Below are positions 19,172 to 28,206 of a stretch of DNA of 64,000 nucleotides, piece by piece. Source of the DNA: Patescibacteria group bacterium (lineage in GTDB: Bacteria > Patescibacteriota > Minisyncoccia > Phycocordibacterales > JAKAEA01). Location of the stretch: the NCBI GenBank assembly GCA_040387855.1, contig JAZKCY010000001.1, forward strand, positions 104,396 to 168,395. Reading direction: 5' to 3'. Position 1 is the first letter of the stretch; the number at the start of each line of letters is the position of its first letter. Made by a program: the position numbers and the translations under genes. The notes beneath the pieces were generated by a model. The model made no database searches and was not told where the DNA came from. It was given only the letters and a program-made list of their open reading frames with translations.

Positions 19172-19855
19172 ATGACCGCTTCGTCCACCCCCAGCGTCGC
19201 TTCCGCCAAGATCCTGATGTCCAGCCTCCGCACCGTGAACCGGTTCGTGCTGAACTTCCAGGTCGAGGGCCTGCGCCCGCCGAGCAACTTCCCGCCGATC
19301 CGCGAGTGCGCCCCCCTCACCACGGGGACCAAGGCGCCCAAGCAGGTCGAGCGCGGCGAGAAGCTCGTCGAGCGGACCCGCGAGGTCTGCTCGCTCGATG
19401 CCCCGAGCATCATCAGCGCCTGCTTTGACGCCGGCCTGATCTACTGCAAGATGCTCATGCTCCCCAAGGGTCCGCCCACGGTCAGCATGCGCTTCAAGCG
19501 GCAGACGGAGCAGACCGACGCGGTCGCCCCGAACGACGCCAACTACCTCACGACGGAGATCGAGACGATCTACGGTCCGTGGATGGTGATGCTCCAGGGC
19601 TCGCTCCGGCTCGACTGCAACTTCGACCCCTACGGGCTCACCGTGGAGGAGGAGGCCGAGTACCTGCGGAAGCGCTACCGGAACGCCGGCACGCACAACG
19701 CGACGGAGATCGAGCGCAAGGTCAAGCAAGAGGCCACGGGCACGCCGTACCTCCTGACCGGGACGCACTACGTCGAGGCCCTGCGGCTCACCCCGCCGGC
19801 CTACCACAGGCTGTTCGCCCACGAGGGTGCGCTCCTGCTCGACGGCGAGCTCTAG
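19172..19855 (+). CDS. hypothetical protein, very high GC (about 65%, strongly GC3-biased), unknown function
   Basis: 227 aa with normal amino-acid composition and GC-ending codons. The overlapping minus-strand ORF 19148..19969 is judged to be a high-GC antisense artefact. Confidence 0.6.
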   Translation: MTASSTPSVASAKILMSSLRTVNRFVLNFQVEGLRPPSNFPPIRECAPLTTGTKAPKQVERGEKLVERTREVCSLDAPSIISACFDAGLIYCKMLMLPKGPPTVSMRFKRQTEQTDAVAPNDANYLTTEIETIYGPWMVMLQGSLRLDCNFDPYGLTVEEEAEYLRKRYRNAGTHNATEIERKVKQEATGTPYLLTGTHYVEALRLTPPAYHRLFAHEGALLLDGEL

Positions 19856-19911
19856 GTCGATGTTCGACCCAGCGTTTTGATGAACAATACCCCAAACTAG
19901 AAAGGTGAACA

Positions 19912-19940
19912 GGCCGATGCATAAACTGCATCGGCCTTTC
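19912..19940 (+). terminator. rho-independent terminator after the 19172 gene
   Basis: GGCCGATGCA-TAAAC-TGCATCGGCC perfect 10-bp stem followed by TTT. Confidence 0.6.
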
Positions 19941-19953
19941 ACTTGGGAAAGAT

Positions 19954-19980
19954 TTGACATGCTCCACACTTTCGTATAAT
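19954..19980 (+). promoter_or_regulatory. consensus sigma70 promoter (TTGACA, 15-nt spacer, TATAAT) re-initiating the rpsS-rplV-rpsC... operon
   Basis: Hexamers read directly from the sequence. Confidence 0.55.
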
Positions 19981-20031
19981 ATGTGACTCACGCTCTGAAC
20001 TAGAGCTCTTTTGTTTCATATATATCTATCC

Positions 20032-20385
20032 ATGGCACGATCACTCAAAAAAGGACCATACGTTGACGAAAAGCTTCTCAAGAAAATTGAGGGCAAAAAG
20101 CCACAGGCTACTGGGGTTATTAAGACCTGGGCACGTGCAAGTCAGATTTCACCAGAAATGGTAGGTTTTATCTTTGGCGTTCACAACGGTAAGGATCATA
20201 TCGAAGTTTTGGTATCTGAAGAAATGGTGGGTCATCGTCTTGGTGAATTTTCTCCAACAAAGAAATTCCTACGACACGGAGGTAAGATGCAGAAGGAGCT
20301 TGAACAGAAAAAGAAGGAATCAGAAATTGCAGCAGCGCAATCTGCTAAGGCTGCAACAGCTGATGCCGGTGCTAAGAAAAAATAA
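20032..20385 (+). CDS. rpsS: 30S ribosomal protein S19 (Lys/Ala-rich C-terminal extension)
   Basis: [12 protein letters not shown] matches S19. The start is placed at the internal ATG of the ORF listed from 20011. Confidence 0.9.
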   Translation: MARSLKKGPYVDEKLLKKIEGKKPQATGVIKTWARASQISPEMVGFIFGVHNGKDHIEVLVSEEMVGHRLGEFSPTKKFLRHGGKMQKELEQKKKESEIAAAQSAKAATADAGAKKK

Positions 20386-20390
20386 TTACT

Positions 20391-20753
20391 ATGGCCAAGG
20401 TAACCGCAAAACTTTCAAATTATCGACAGTCAACCCGTAAGGTCCGCATCGTTGCAAACCTTGTCCGTGGTAAAAAAGCTACAGCAGCTGTAACTGAGCT
20501 CAATTTTCTTGCGAAACGTGCAGGGGATCCTCTTGCAAAGCTTATTGAGTCTGCTCTTGCAAATGCTAAGAATCTTAATATCGACAAGGAAAACCTTATT
20601 GTTAAGGAGATTCGAGTTGATCAGGGAGTAACTCTTCATCGATCAATGCCACGAGCACGAGGACGAGCATTTCCAATTAAGAAGCGATCAGCGCACGTAA
20701 TGCTTACTCTAGAAGAGGCAGCACCAAAAGCATCTAAGAAGAAATCTAAATAA
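20391..20753 (+). CDS. rplV: 50S ribosomal protein L22
   Basis: L22 family protein at the expected operon position. Confidence 0.9.
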   Translation: MAKVTAKLSNYRQSTRKVRIVANLVRGKKATAAVTELNFLAKRAGDPLAKLIESALANAKNLNIDKENLIVKEIRVDQGVTLHRSMPRARGRAFPIKKRSAHVMLTLEEAAPKASKKKSK

Positions 20754-20756
20754 TTT

Positions 20757-21413
20757 ATGTCACACACCGTACATCCATATTCACATCGTTTAGGAATCTT
20801 GAGAGACTGGAAGTCTCGCTGGTTTGGAACTGATAAAAAGTTCCGAGACTTTCTAAAATGCGACGTTCTTCTTCGAGAATATCTTGTGAAGAAGCTACGA
20901 GGGATGTATGTAAGTGGTATCGAAATTGAACGAAACGAGAAGGCACTCCGTGTCATTATCAAAACCTCACGACCTGGAATGATTATTGGTCGAAGTGGAG
21001 AAAACTCAGTAAAGCTTAAGAACGACATTCAGAACTTTATCAAGAAACTTAAAGTTTCTATCACACAGGAACTCAAAGTAGATATTGAAGAAATAAAGTC
21101 ACCTGAATCAAATGCTGCCATTGTAGGTATGATGGTTGCAGAAAGCTTAGAGAAACGACTTCCATTCCGACGAGTACTCAAGCAGACTGTTGAGAAAGTT
21201 ATGGCAAATCGAGAAGTTCAAGGAGTGCGAGTAGCACTAGGAGGACGACTTGGTGGAGCTGAAATGGCACGATATGAAGAACTAAAGCGAGGTCGAATTC
21301 CTTTGCAAACATTGCGAGCGGATATTGATTTTGCACGAGAAAAGGCTCACATGACATACGGTGATATTGGTATCAAAGTATGGATCTATAAGGGCGACAT
21401 ATTTAAGAAATAA
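20757..21413 (+). CDS. rpsC: 30S ribosomal protein S3
   Basis: KH-domain S3 family protein at the expected operon position. Confidence 0.9.
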   Translation: MSHTVHPYSHRLGILRDWKSRWFGTDKKFRDFLKCDVLLREYLVKKLRGMYVSGIEIERNEKALRVIIKTSRPGMIIGRSGENSVKLKNDIQNFIKKLKVSITQELKVDIEEIKSPESNAAIVGMMVAESLEKRLPFRRVLKQTVEKVMANREVQGVRVALGGRLGGAEMARYEELKRGRIPLQTLRADIDFAREKAHMTYGDIGIKVWIYKGDIFKK

Positions 21414-21422
21414 TATACTGCC

Positions 21423-21848
21423 ATGCAATTTTTCCCTAAAAAAGTACTACATAGAAAATGGCACGTAATGCGCCGAAATCCAAGTCGAGTAAAGATGGAT
21501 ACACGAGGCAATAAGCTTTCATTCGGATCATTTGGTATCAAAGCTGTTTCAGAACAGCGAGTAAAATCAAATCAGATTGAAGCTGCTCGAAAGGTGATCT
21601 CTCGATCACTTGGAAAGACTGGGAAGATTTGGGTTCGAATTTTCCCAGATATGCCATATACCCAGAAGCCTGCTGAAGTGAAGATGGGTAAGGGTAAAGG
21701 AGACCCAGTAGGATATCAGGTGCAAGTATGGCCTGGACGAGTACTCTTTGAAGTCGATGGTATCGATGAAAAGACAGCTCGAGAAGCTCTACGAAAGGCA
21801 GGAACAAAACTTCCTCTTAAAACAAAGGTAGTAAGTCGAGAAGGATAG
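21423..21848 (+). CDS. rplP: 50S ribosomal protein L16
   Basis: L16 family protein at the expected operon position. Confidence 0.9.
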   Translation: MQFFPKKVLHRKWHVMRRNPSRVKMDTRGNKLSFGSFGIKAVSEQRVKSNQIEAARKVISRSLGKTGKIWVRIFPDMPYTQKPAEVKMGKGKGDPVGYQVQVWPGRVLFEVDGIDEKTAREALRKAGTKLPLKTKVVSREG

Positions 21849-21903
21849 TCGAATTTAGGAGCTACGATTGACTAATGTCAAAAAATAGCTAGAATCAACC
21901 ACA

Positions 21904-22086
21904 ATGTCATCATTTAATAAAACAAGTGCACAAGATCTTCAGAAAACTCTCGTTGAGAAACGAAAGGCTCTTCAATCTTTTCGATTCAACCTTTCAGGTT
22001 CAAAGACTCGAAATGTAAAAGAAGGACGAGGAATAAAGAAAGAAATTGCACAAATTCTCACTGCTCTTAACGCGCGAAACGCATAA
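21904..22086 (+). CDS. rpmC: 50S ribosomal protein L29
   Basis: 60 aa L29 family protein at the expected operon position. Confidence 0.8.
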   Translation: MSSFNKTSAQDLQKTLVEKRKALQSFRFNLSGSKTRNVKEGRGIKKEIAQILTALNARNA

Positions 22087-22089
22087 GTT

Positions 22090-22354
22090 TATGACACACG
22101 AACACACAACAAAAGCAAAGACACTTGAAGGAGTTGTTTCATCAGATAAGATGAAGGATACTGTCGTGGTTGTCGTAGAACGATATGTAAAGCACCCAAA
22201 GTACCAGAAATTCGTACAGTCACGAAAGAAGTATAAGGTGCACGACGAAGGCAATAAGGCAAAAGTAGGGGACAAAGTGGTTATTATTGGAACACGACCT
22301 ATTTCACGACATAAGTCTTTCCGAATTTTAGAAATAAAGTCAGCGCAGCAATAG
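22090..22354 (+). CDS. rpsQ: 30S ribosomal protein S17
   Basis: S17 OB-fold motifs. Start placed at the ATG after the rpmC stop. Confidence 0.85.
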
Positions 22355-22364
22355 CAAAACGTAT

Positions 22365-22739
22365 ATGATACAGCCCCGCTCAATAGTTAAAATAGCCGAC
22401 AACACAGGTGCCAAGATTGGCCGAATTTTCAAAGTACTTGGATCTTCAAAAAAGCGCTATGCGGAAATTGGCGATATCGTGGTTCTTTCTGTGCAAAAGG
22501 CTGAACCTCGAAAGTCAGTTAAGAAGAAAGATGTATTAAAAGCTGTTGTTGTGCGACAGAAGAAAGCATTTCGACGAGAAGATGGTTCATACATCCGATT
22601 CGATGAAAACGCAGTTGTAATTATTAACCAGACCAAGAAAGAGTACGGTGCAGTAGGAACCCGAGTTTTCGGACCAGTGCCACGAGAACTTTCTGGAAAA
22701 TTCCAAGCAGTAATTTCATTAGCACCTGAAGTGCTCTAA
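22365..22739 (+). CDS. rplN: 50S ribosomal protein L14
   Basis: MIQPRS..ADNTGAK matches L14. Confidence 0.95.
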   Translation: MIQPRSIVKIADNTGAKIGRIFKVLGSSKKRYAEIGDIVVLSVQKAEPRKSVKKKDVLKAVVVRQKKAFRREDGSYIRFDENAVVIINQTKKEYGAVGTRVFGPVPRELSGKFQAVISLAPEVL

Positions 22740-22750
22740 TATTCAAATAT

Positions 22751-23017
22751 ATGCAGATCAAATCAGGAGATAATGTAATAGTGCTTACCGGTAAGGACAA
22801 AGGAAAGTCTGGAAAGGTAGTTAAGGCATTCCCAAAGGAAGACAAAGTTCTTATTGAGGGAGTAAATATCAAAAAGCGCCACAAGCGAGCAACTCGCCAA
22901 GGACAAAAAGGTCAAATTGTTGAAATGCCTCATCCAATTCATGTTTCAAACGTGAAAAAGGCTGATGATGCTAAGCCAAAGAAGACTACTAAGAAGGCTA
23001 AAGCTGAAACTAAATAA
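22751..23017 (+). CDS. rplX: 50S ribosomal protein L24
   Basis: KOW motif, L24 family. Confidence 0.9.
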   Translation: MQIKSGDNVIVLTGKDKGKSGKVVKAFPKEDKVLIEGVNIKKRHKRATRQGQKGQIVEMPHPIHVSNVKKADDAKPKKTTKKAKAETK

Positions 23018-23022
23018 ATATC

Positions 23023-23607
23023 ATGAAGTCTGTTAAGGAAAAAAATAATACATCATTCGATGCCCTCAAGGGATCTTTCGGATACAAAAATAAGATGCAG
23101 TCACCACGATTGGTGAAGGTAGTTGTATCTTCAGGTATTGGTTCTCAGAAAGATAAAAAGAAGATTGAGCTTATTGCTGATCGACTAGGAAAAATTACAG
23201 GTCAGAAAGCTGCTCCACGAGGTGCGAAGCAATCAATTTCAAACTTTAAGAGCCGACAGGGAGATACCGTTGGGTATCAAATGACACTACGAGGACAGCG
23301 AATGTTTGATTTCCTCGATAGATTCTTAAATGTTGCGCTTCCTCGAACACGAGACTTCCGAGGAATTTCAGCACGGGGAATTGATGATATGGGTAATTAT
23401 ACCGTAGGAATCAAAGAGCATACTATCTTCCCAGAAACAACTGATGAAGATGTAAAGGATGTGTTTGGTTTGGCGGTTACTGTAGTAACCACATCAGACA
23501 ATAAGAAGGAAACAAAGGCTTTTCTTGATTTCTTAGGTTTCCCATTCAAGAAGGCTGAGAACGACGTTAAGGAAGCAAAGGAAGCTAAGAAAAAAGACAA
23601 AAAATAG
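23023..23607 (+). CDS. rplE: 50S ribosomal protein L5 (Lys-rich C-terminal tail)
   Basis: L5 family protein at the expected operon position. Confidence 0.9.
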   Translation: MKSVKEKNNTSFDALKGSFGYKNKMQSPRLVKVVVSSGIGSQKDKKKIELIADRLGKITGQKAAPRGAKQSISNFKSRQGDTVGYQMTLRGQRMFDFLDRFLNVALPRTRDFRGISARGIDDMGNYTVGIKEHTIFPETTDEDVKDVFGLAVTVVTTSDNKKETKAFLDFLGFPFKKAENDVKEAKEAKKKDKK

Positions 23608-23664
23608 TATACAAGGCAGAACGTTGACCACAACAACATTTTCTGCTAGTATTTCATTCACTTT

Positions 23665-23850
23665 ATGGCAAAGACATCCGTTATAGCACGATCACAAAAA
23701 CCACCAAAATTTAGCACACGAATTGTTCGTCGATGTTTCCGTTGCGGACGAAAGCGCGGGTACATGAGAGAGTTTGATATGTGCCGAATCTGTTTCCGTG
23801 AATTGGCAAACGAAGGAATGATTCCAGGCGTTAAGAAATCATCTTGGTAA
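23665..23850 (+). CDS. rpsZ: 30S ribosomal protein S14 type Z (zinc-binding)
   Basis: 61 aa with CxxC...CxxC. Confidence 0.9.
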   Translation: MAKTSVIARSQKPPKFSTRIVRRCFRCGRKRGYMREFDMCRICFRELANEGMIPGVKKSSW

Positions 23851-23880
23851 TACTGTAACTGTACTGATTCAAATAAATTT

Positions 23881-24267
23881 ATGGACACAATCTCAGATTT
23901 AATAATTCGAATAAAAAATGCAAGCGATGTAGAAAAGGAAACTGTTTCAGTTCCGTTCTCAAAGCTCAAACTCGCTATTGTAGATCTTCTTGAAAAAGAA
24001 GGATTTGTTAAAAATAGTACAAAGCGAGGAAAGAAAGTGCAGAAGTCACTTGAGATTGGTCTTATCTATGATCAGTATGGTCCTCGAGTAAAAGGGGTAC
24101 AGCGAGTATCACATCTTTCAAAGCGAATGTATGGAGGTGTTAAAGATTTGAAATCTGTTAAGCAAGGACACGGAGTACTTGTACTCACAACTCCTAAGGG
24201 AATTATGACTGACGCTGAGGCTCGAAAGCAGAAGGTGGGAGGTGAGCTTCTCTTTAAAATCTGGTAA
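23881..24267 (+). CDS. rpsH: 30S ribosomal protein S8
   Basis: S8 family protein at the expected operon position. Confidence 0.9.
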   Translation: MDTISDLIIRIKNASDVEKETVSVPFSKLKLAIVDLLEKEGFVKNSTKRGKKVQKSLEIGLIYDQYGPRVKGVQRVSHLSKRMYGGVKDLKSVKQGHGVLVLTTPKGIMTDAEARKQKVGGELLFKIW

Positions 24268-24271
24268 TTAT

Positions 24272-24799
24272 ATGTCACGAATCGGCAAAAAAATAATAGA
24301 AATTCCTGAAAAGACTGAAGTCACCGTAGCCGGTGGTAAAGTTACTGTAAAAGGACCAAAAGGAACACTTGAAAAAGAGTTTGGATCTTTTGTTGAAGTA
24401 AAAGTTGTAGATAAAACTGTGGTAATTGAACCAAAGAAATCTGCACCAGAGGCTTTTTGGGGAACATACGCTTCTCATATTACAAATATGGTAAAGGGTG
24501 TAACAGAAGGTTTTACTAAGAAACTTATCCTTGAAGGAATTGGATATAAAGCCGATGTAAAGGGAACTGATTTGGTGATGGCTCTTGGATTTTCTCATCC
24601 AGTAAAGATGGCAATCCCTACTACCTTGAAAGTAACCTCAGATAAAGGTATTGTAACTGTAACAGGTGCAAATAAAGAAGAAGTAGGACAATTTGCAGCA
24701 GTTGTTCGAGCTTGGAAGAAGCCAGAACCATATAAAGGTAAAGGGTTCCGATATGAAGATGAAGTTATTCGTCGAAAGGTAGGTAAGAAGTCTGCATAA
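24272..24799 (+). CDS. rplF: 50S ribosomal protein L6
   Basis: MSRIGKK start; L6 family. Confidence 0.9.
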   Translation: MSRIGKKIIEIPEKTEVTVAGGKVTVKGPKGTLEKEFGSFVEVKVVDKTVVIEPKKSAPEAFWGTYASHITNMVKGVTEGFTKKLILEGIGYKADVKGTDLVMALGFSHPVKMAIPTTLKVTSDKGIVTVTGANKEEVGQFAAVVRAWKKPEPYKGKGFRYEDEVIRRKVGKKSA

Positions 24800-24804
24800 C
24801 ATTT

Positions 24805-25155
24805 ATGAATAAGAGCACTATTAAATACGAAAAAAGAGCACGACGACACGGACGTATCCGAGCGAAAATTTCTGGTACCCAGGAAAAACCTCGAATTTCA
24901 GTGTATAAGTCTAACAAGCAGGTATATGCTCAGATCATTAATGATGATCTAGGTACTACTCTTGCAGCAGCTTCAACTCAGAAGGTTGCTGGAAAGGGAA
25001 TGCTTGAAAAAGCAAAGGCTGCAGGTATGGAACTTGCAAAGCTTGCTCTTAGCAAAAACATTTCAAAAGTAGTTTTTGATCGAGGAGGTTTTATTTACAC
25101 TGGTCAGATTAAAGCGTTTGCTGAAGGAGCACGCGAAGGAGGACTTTCATTCTAA
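24805..25155 (+). CDS. rplR: 50S ribosomal protein L18
   Basis: L18 family protein at the expected operon position. Confidence 0.9.
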   Translation: MNKSTIKYEKRARRHGRIRAKISGTQEKPRISVYKSNKQVYAQIINDDLGTTLAAASTQKVAGKGMLEKAKAAGMELAKLALSKNISKVVFDRGGFIYTGQIKAFAEGAREGGLSF

Positions 25156-25161
25156 ATATAT

Positions 25162-25848
25162 ATGTCAGAAGAACAGAAACAACCTAATACACCCGCAACA
25201 CCAAATACACAAGCAGAGTTTGGAACCTCTTCAGGTGTTCACAATGCTCAGGGTGCTCGACCTCCACAGCGAGGTCCTCGACGAGATGGACCTACTTCAG
25301 CAGGTGGACGACCAGATTTCAAAAAGAATCCTCGACGATTTGCAGGACGACCTGAAAAACAGAAGCCTGAATATGATCAGAAGATCATTGATATCCGACG
25401 AGTAGCCCGAGTGGTTGCTGGAGGACGACGATTTAGTTTCTCAGTAGCGCTCGTTATTGGAGACCGAAAAGGTAAAGTAGGAGTAGGACTTGGAAAAGCG
25501 GGGGATACAGCACTTGCTATTGAAAAGGCTATGAAGAGTGCAAAAAAGAAACTCGTAAAGATTCCTATGACAAAGACTATGTCTATTCCTTATGAGACTA
25601 CCGCAAAGTTTTCTTCATCAGTTGTAGTTCTTACTCCAGCTCCTGGACGAGGAATTGTAGCAGGAAGTTCTGTTCGAAGTATTATCGAGCTTGCAGGACT
25701 TAAGGATATTGGAGCAAAGCTTCGCTCAGGTTCAAAGAACCGATTAAACAATGCCCGAGCAACTATTCATGCATTGAAGAGTCTTACCCCACATCGAAAA
25801 GTAATTATGGCTCAGCAGGGACGTGGAGCAAAGGTAGAAGCTAAATAA
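25162..25848 (+). CDS. rpsE: 30S ribosomal protein S5 (about 60 aa Pro/Gln/Arg-rich N-terminal extension)
   Basis: S5 core from about residue 70. Confidence 0.9.
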   Translation: MSEEQKQPNTPATPNTQAEFGTSSGVHNAQGARPPQRGPRRDGPTSAGGRPDFKKNPRRFAGRPEKQKPEYDQKIIDIRRVARVVAGGRRFSFSVALVIGDRKGKVGVGLGKAGDTALAIEKAMKSAKKKLVKIPMTKTMSIPYETTAKFSSSVVVLTPAPGRGIVAGSSVRSIIELAGLKDIGAKLRSGSKNRLNNARATIHALKSLTPHRKVIMAQQGRGAKVEAK

Positions 25849-25855
25849 AACTATC

Positions 25856-26296
25856 ATGCAGATTCATCAGTTAAAAAGAAAAACAGAAAATAAAAAGCGC
25901 ATGATTGTTGCGCGAGGAGGTAAGCGTGGAAAAACAGCTGGCCGAGGTACAAAAGGTCAAAAAGCACGAGCAGGACGAAAGATTCGACCTGAAATGCGAG
26001 ATATCATCAAGAAGATTCCTAAAATGCGAGGACGTGGTAAGAACAGCAACGTAAGTATTTACGAGCGAGATACTCCTGTAAATATCGTTGCTATTGAGGC
26101 AGCATTTGCAAACGGTGATACGGTAACTCAGGCTACACTTTTGGAAAAGGGGATTATTTCTATTCGAAATGGTAAAATGCCTACAGTAAAGATTCTCGGT
26201 ATTGGAGATCTTACAAAGAAGCTCACTTTTAAAGATCTAGCAGTGTCTGCATCAGTAAAGGCAAAGATTGAAAAAGCTGGCGGAAACATTTCATGA
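25856..26296 (+). CDS. rplO: 50S ribosomal protein L15 (directly after rpsE; no rpmD/L30 gene)
   Basis: L15 family protein. Confidence 0.9.
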   Translation: MQIHQLKRKTENKKRMIVARGGKRGKTAGRGTKGQKARAGRKIRPEMRDIIKKIPKMRGRGKNSNVSIYERDTPVNIVAIEAAFANGDTVTQATLLEKGIISIRNGKMPTVKILGIGDLTKKLTFKDLAVSASVKAKIEKAGGNIS

Positions 26297-27567
26297 ACTC
26301 ACTCTGGTCAAAATTAAGATTAATTATAGGAGACAAGGTACTACGACGAAGGATTTTTATAACCCTTGGTCTTCTTGTCGTATTTAGATTACTTTCAGTT
26401 ATTCCAATTCCTGGTATTGATACACTTCGATTAAACTCACTCTTTGCTGGAAACCAGCTTCTCGGATTCTTAAACATCTTCTCTGGAGGTAGTTTGTCAA
26501 ACCTTTCAATTGTGATGCTTGGAGTTGGTCCTTACATTACTGCATCTATTATCATGCAGTTGTTGACCTTGATGTCTCCTCGATTGAAGACAATGTACCA
26601 AGAAGAAGGTGTTGCAGGACGAATGAAGTTTGCTCAGTACTCACGAATGCTTTCTATTCCGCTTGCACTTATCCAAGGTTTTGCATTCCTTACTCTTTTT
26701 GAACGACAGGGTGTTATCGATACATTGACCGTATTTGATATGATTCGAAACCTCATGATTATCACAGGAGGATCAGTATTCCTTATGTGGCTTGGAGAAC
26801 GAATCAGTGAATTCGGTATTGGAAACGGAGTATCTCTCCTTATCTTCGGAGGTATCATTGCTGCATTGCCATTAAGTGTCACACAAATTGCATACCAGTT
26901 TGATCAGTCACAACTTCCTGTGTACATAGCACTTCTTATTGCTGCTGTAGCTATGATCTATGCGATTGTTGTTATCACTGAAGCAGAACGTCCAATTCCA
27001 GTAACCTATGCTAAGCGAGTGCGAGGTAATAAGGTATATGGAGGTGTTTCAACCTATCTTCCATTACGACTCAATCAGGCTGGGGTTATTCCAATTATCT
27101 TTGCGATGTCATTGCTGTTGTTGCCACAAGTAATCTTCCGATTCTTGGCTCAGGTAGACAATGCAACTGTTCAGGCCGCATCTCGATGGGTTGATACGAC
27201 TCTTCAAAATCAGTGGGTATATGCAAGTATTTACTTTATTCTTATCTTTGCATTTACCTACTTCTACACAGCAGTAACCTTTGATCCTCAGAGTCTCTCA
27301 ACCAATCTTCAGAAAAATGGTGCATTTGTTCCAGGAGTGCGACCAGGACAATCAACAGCGGTATACATGTCTCGAATGTTGACTCGTCTTACAGCTTTCG
27401 GAGCACTCTTCCTCGCAATCATTGCTGTGGTGCCCCTCATTGTTCAAGGTCTTGTACCAAGTGCTTCATCGATTGCAATTGGAGGTACGGGATTACTCAT
27501 CGTTGTATCAGTAGTTATTGATCTCATCAAAAAGACCGAAGCTCAGGTATCAATGAAAGAATACTAA
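26293..27567 (+). CDS. secY: preprotein translocase subunit SecY
   Basis: 424 aa, 10 TM, SecY motifs. Confidence 0.95.
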   Translation: MNSLWSKLRLIIGDKVLRRRIFITLGLLVVFRLLSVIPIPGIDTLRLNSLFAGNQLLGFLNIFSGGSLSNLSIVMLGVGPYITASIIMQLLTLMSPRLKTMYQEEGVAGRMKFAQYSRMLSIPLALIQGFAFLTLFERQGVIDTLTVFDMIRNLMIITGGSVFLMWLGERISEFGIGNGVSLLIFGGIIAALPLSVTQIAYQFDQSQLPVYIALLIAAVAMIYAIVVITEAERPIPVTYAKRVRGNKVYGGVSTYLPLRLNQAGVIPIIFAMSLLLLPQVIFRFLAQVDNATVQAASRWVDTTLQNQWVYASIYFILIFAFTYFYTAVTFDPQSLSTNLQKNGAFVPGVRPGQSTAVYMSRMLTRLTAFGALFLAIIAVVPLIVQGLVPSASSIAIGGTGLLIVVSVVIDLIKKTEAQVSMKEY

Positions 27568-27609
27568 TTCAAAAAACCTCTTCATGAGGTTTTTTGTTAT
27601 ACTAAGAAT

Positions 27610-28200
27610 ATGACACCCCAAACATTTTTATTTTTTGGCCGATCAGGATCTGGAAAGGGAACACAGGCTAAACTTCTTATAGATTATTTAAAAAAGAAAA
27701 CACCAGAAACTCAAGTAGAATATATAGAAACTGGAAGTAAACTCCGAGAATTTTCAAACGAAGTAGGCCTAACTGCAAAGATGACATCTGATATTATGAA
27801 AGTGGGGGGACTTCTACCTTCATTCATTCCAATCTGGATTTGGACTAACTACTTTGTGCGCTATATGGATGGATCAGAACATCTCATTCTCGATGGTCTT
27901 TCACGACGGGCGTATGAAGCACCTATTCTTGATGATGCCCTTAAGTTTTATAAGCGTGAAAAACCTTTTGTGCTTCTCATTGATGTGCCTCGAGACTGGG
28001 CAAAGGATCACTTATTACATCGAGGACGATCAGACGACACACAGAAAGATATTGATTCACGACTTGATTGGTATGACTCAAATGTATTACCAACAGTAGA
28101 GTACTTCAAAAACAATGAGTATTATACGTTTATTACTATTAATGGTAATCAGAGTATTGAAGACGTGCATAAACAGATCCTAGAAAAAACTGGGATGTAA
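27610..28200 (+). CDS. adk: adenylate kinase
   Basis: GRSGSGKGTQ P-loop. 196 aa and somewhat divergent. Confidence 0.75.
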   Translation: MTPQTFLFFGRSGSGKGTQAKLLIDYLKKKTPETQVEYIETGSKLREFSNEVGLTAKMTSDIMKVGGLLPSFIPIWIWTNYFVRYMDGSEHLILDGLSRRAYEAPILDDALKFYKREKPFVLLIDVPRDWAKDHLLHRGRSDDTQKDIDSRLDWYDSNVLPTVEYFKNNEYYTFITINGNQSIEDVHKQILEKTGM

Positions 28201-28206
28201 GCTTAT

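Noticed and set aside
19148-19969. 273-aa minus-strand ORF overlapping the 19172-19855 gene
   Set aside because: Its Arg/Gly/Leu/Ala/Val-rich composition is typical of an antisense frame in high-GC DNA. The plus-strand frame has strong GC3 bias, normal composition and its own consensus promoter.
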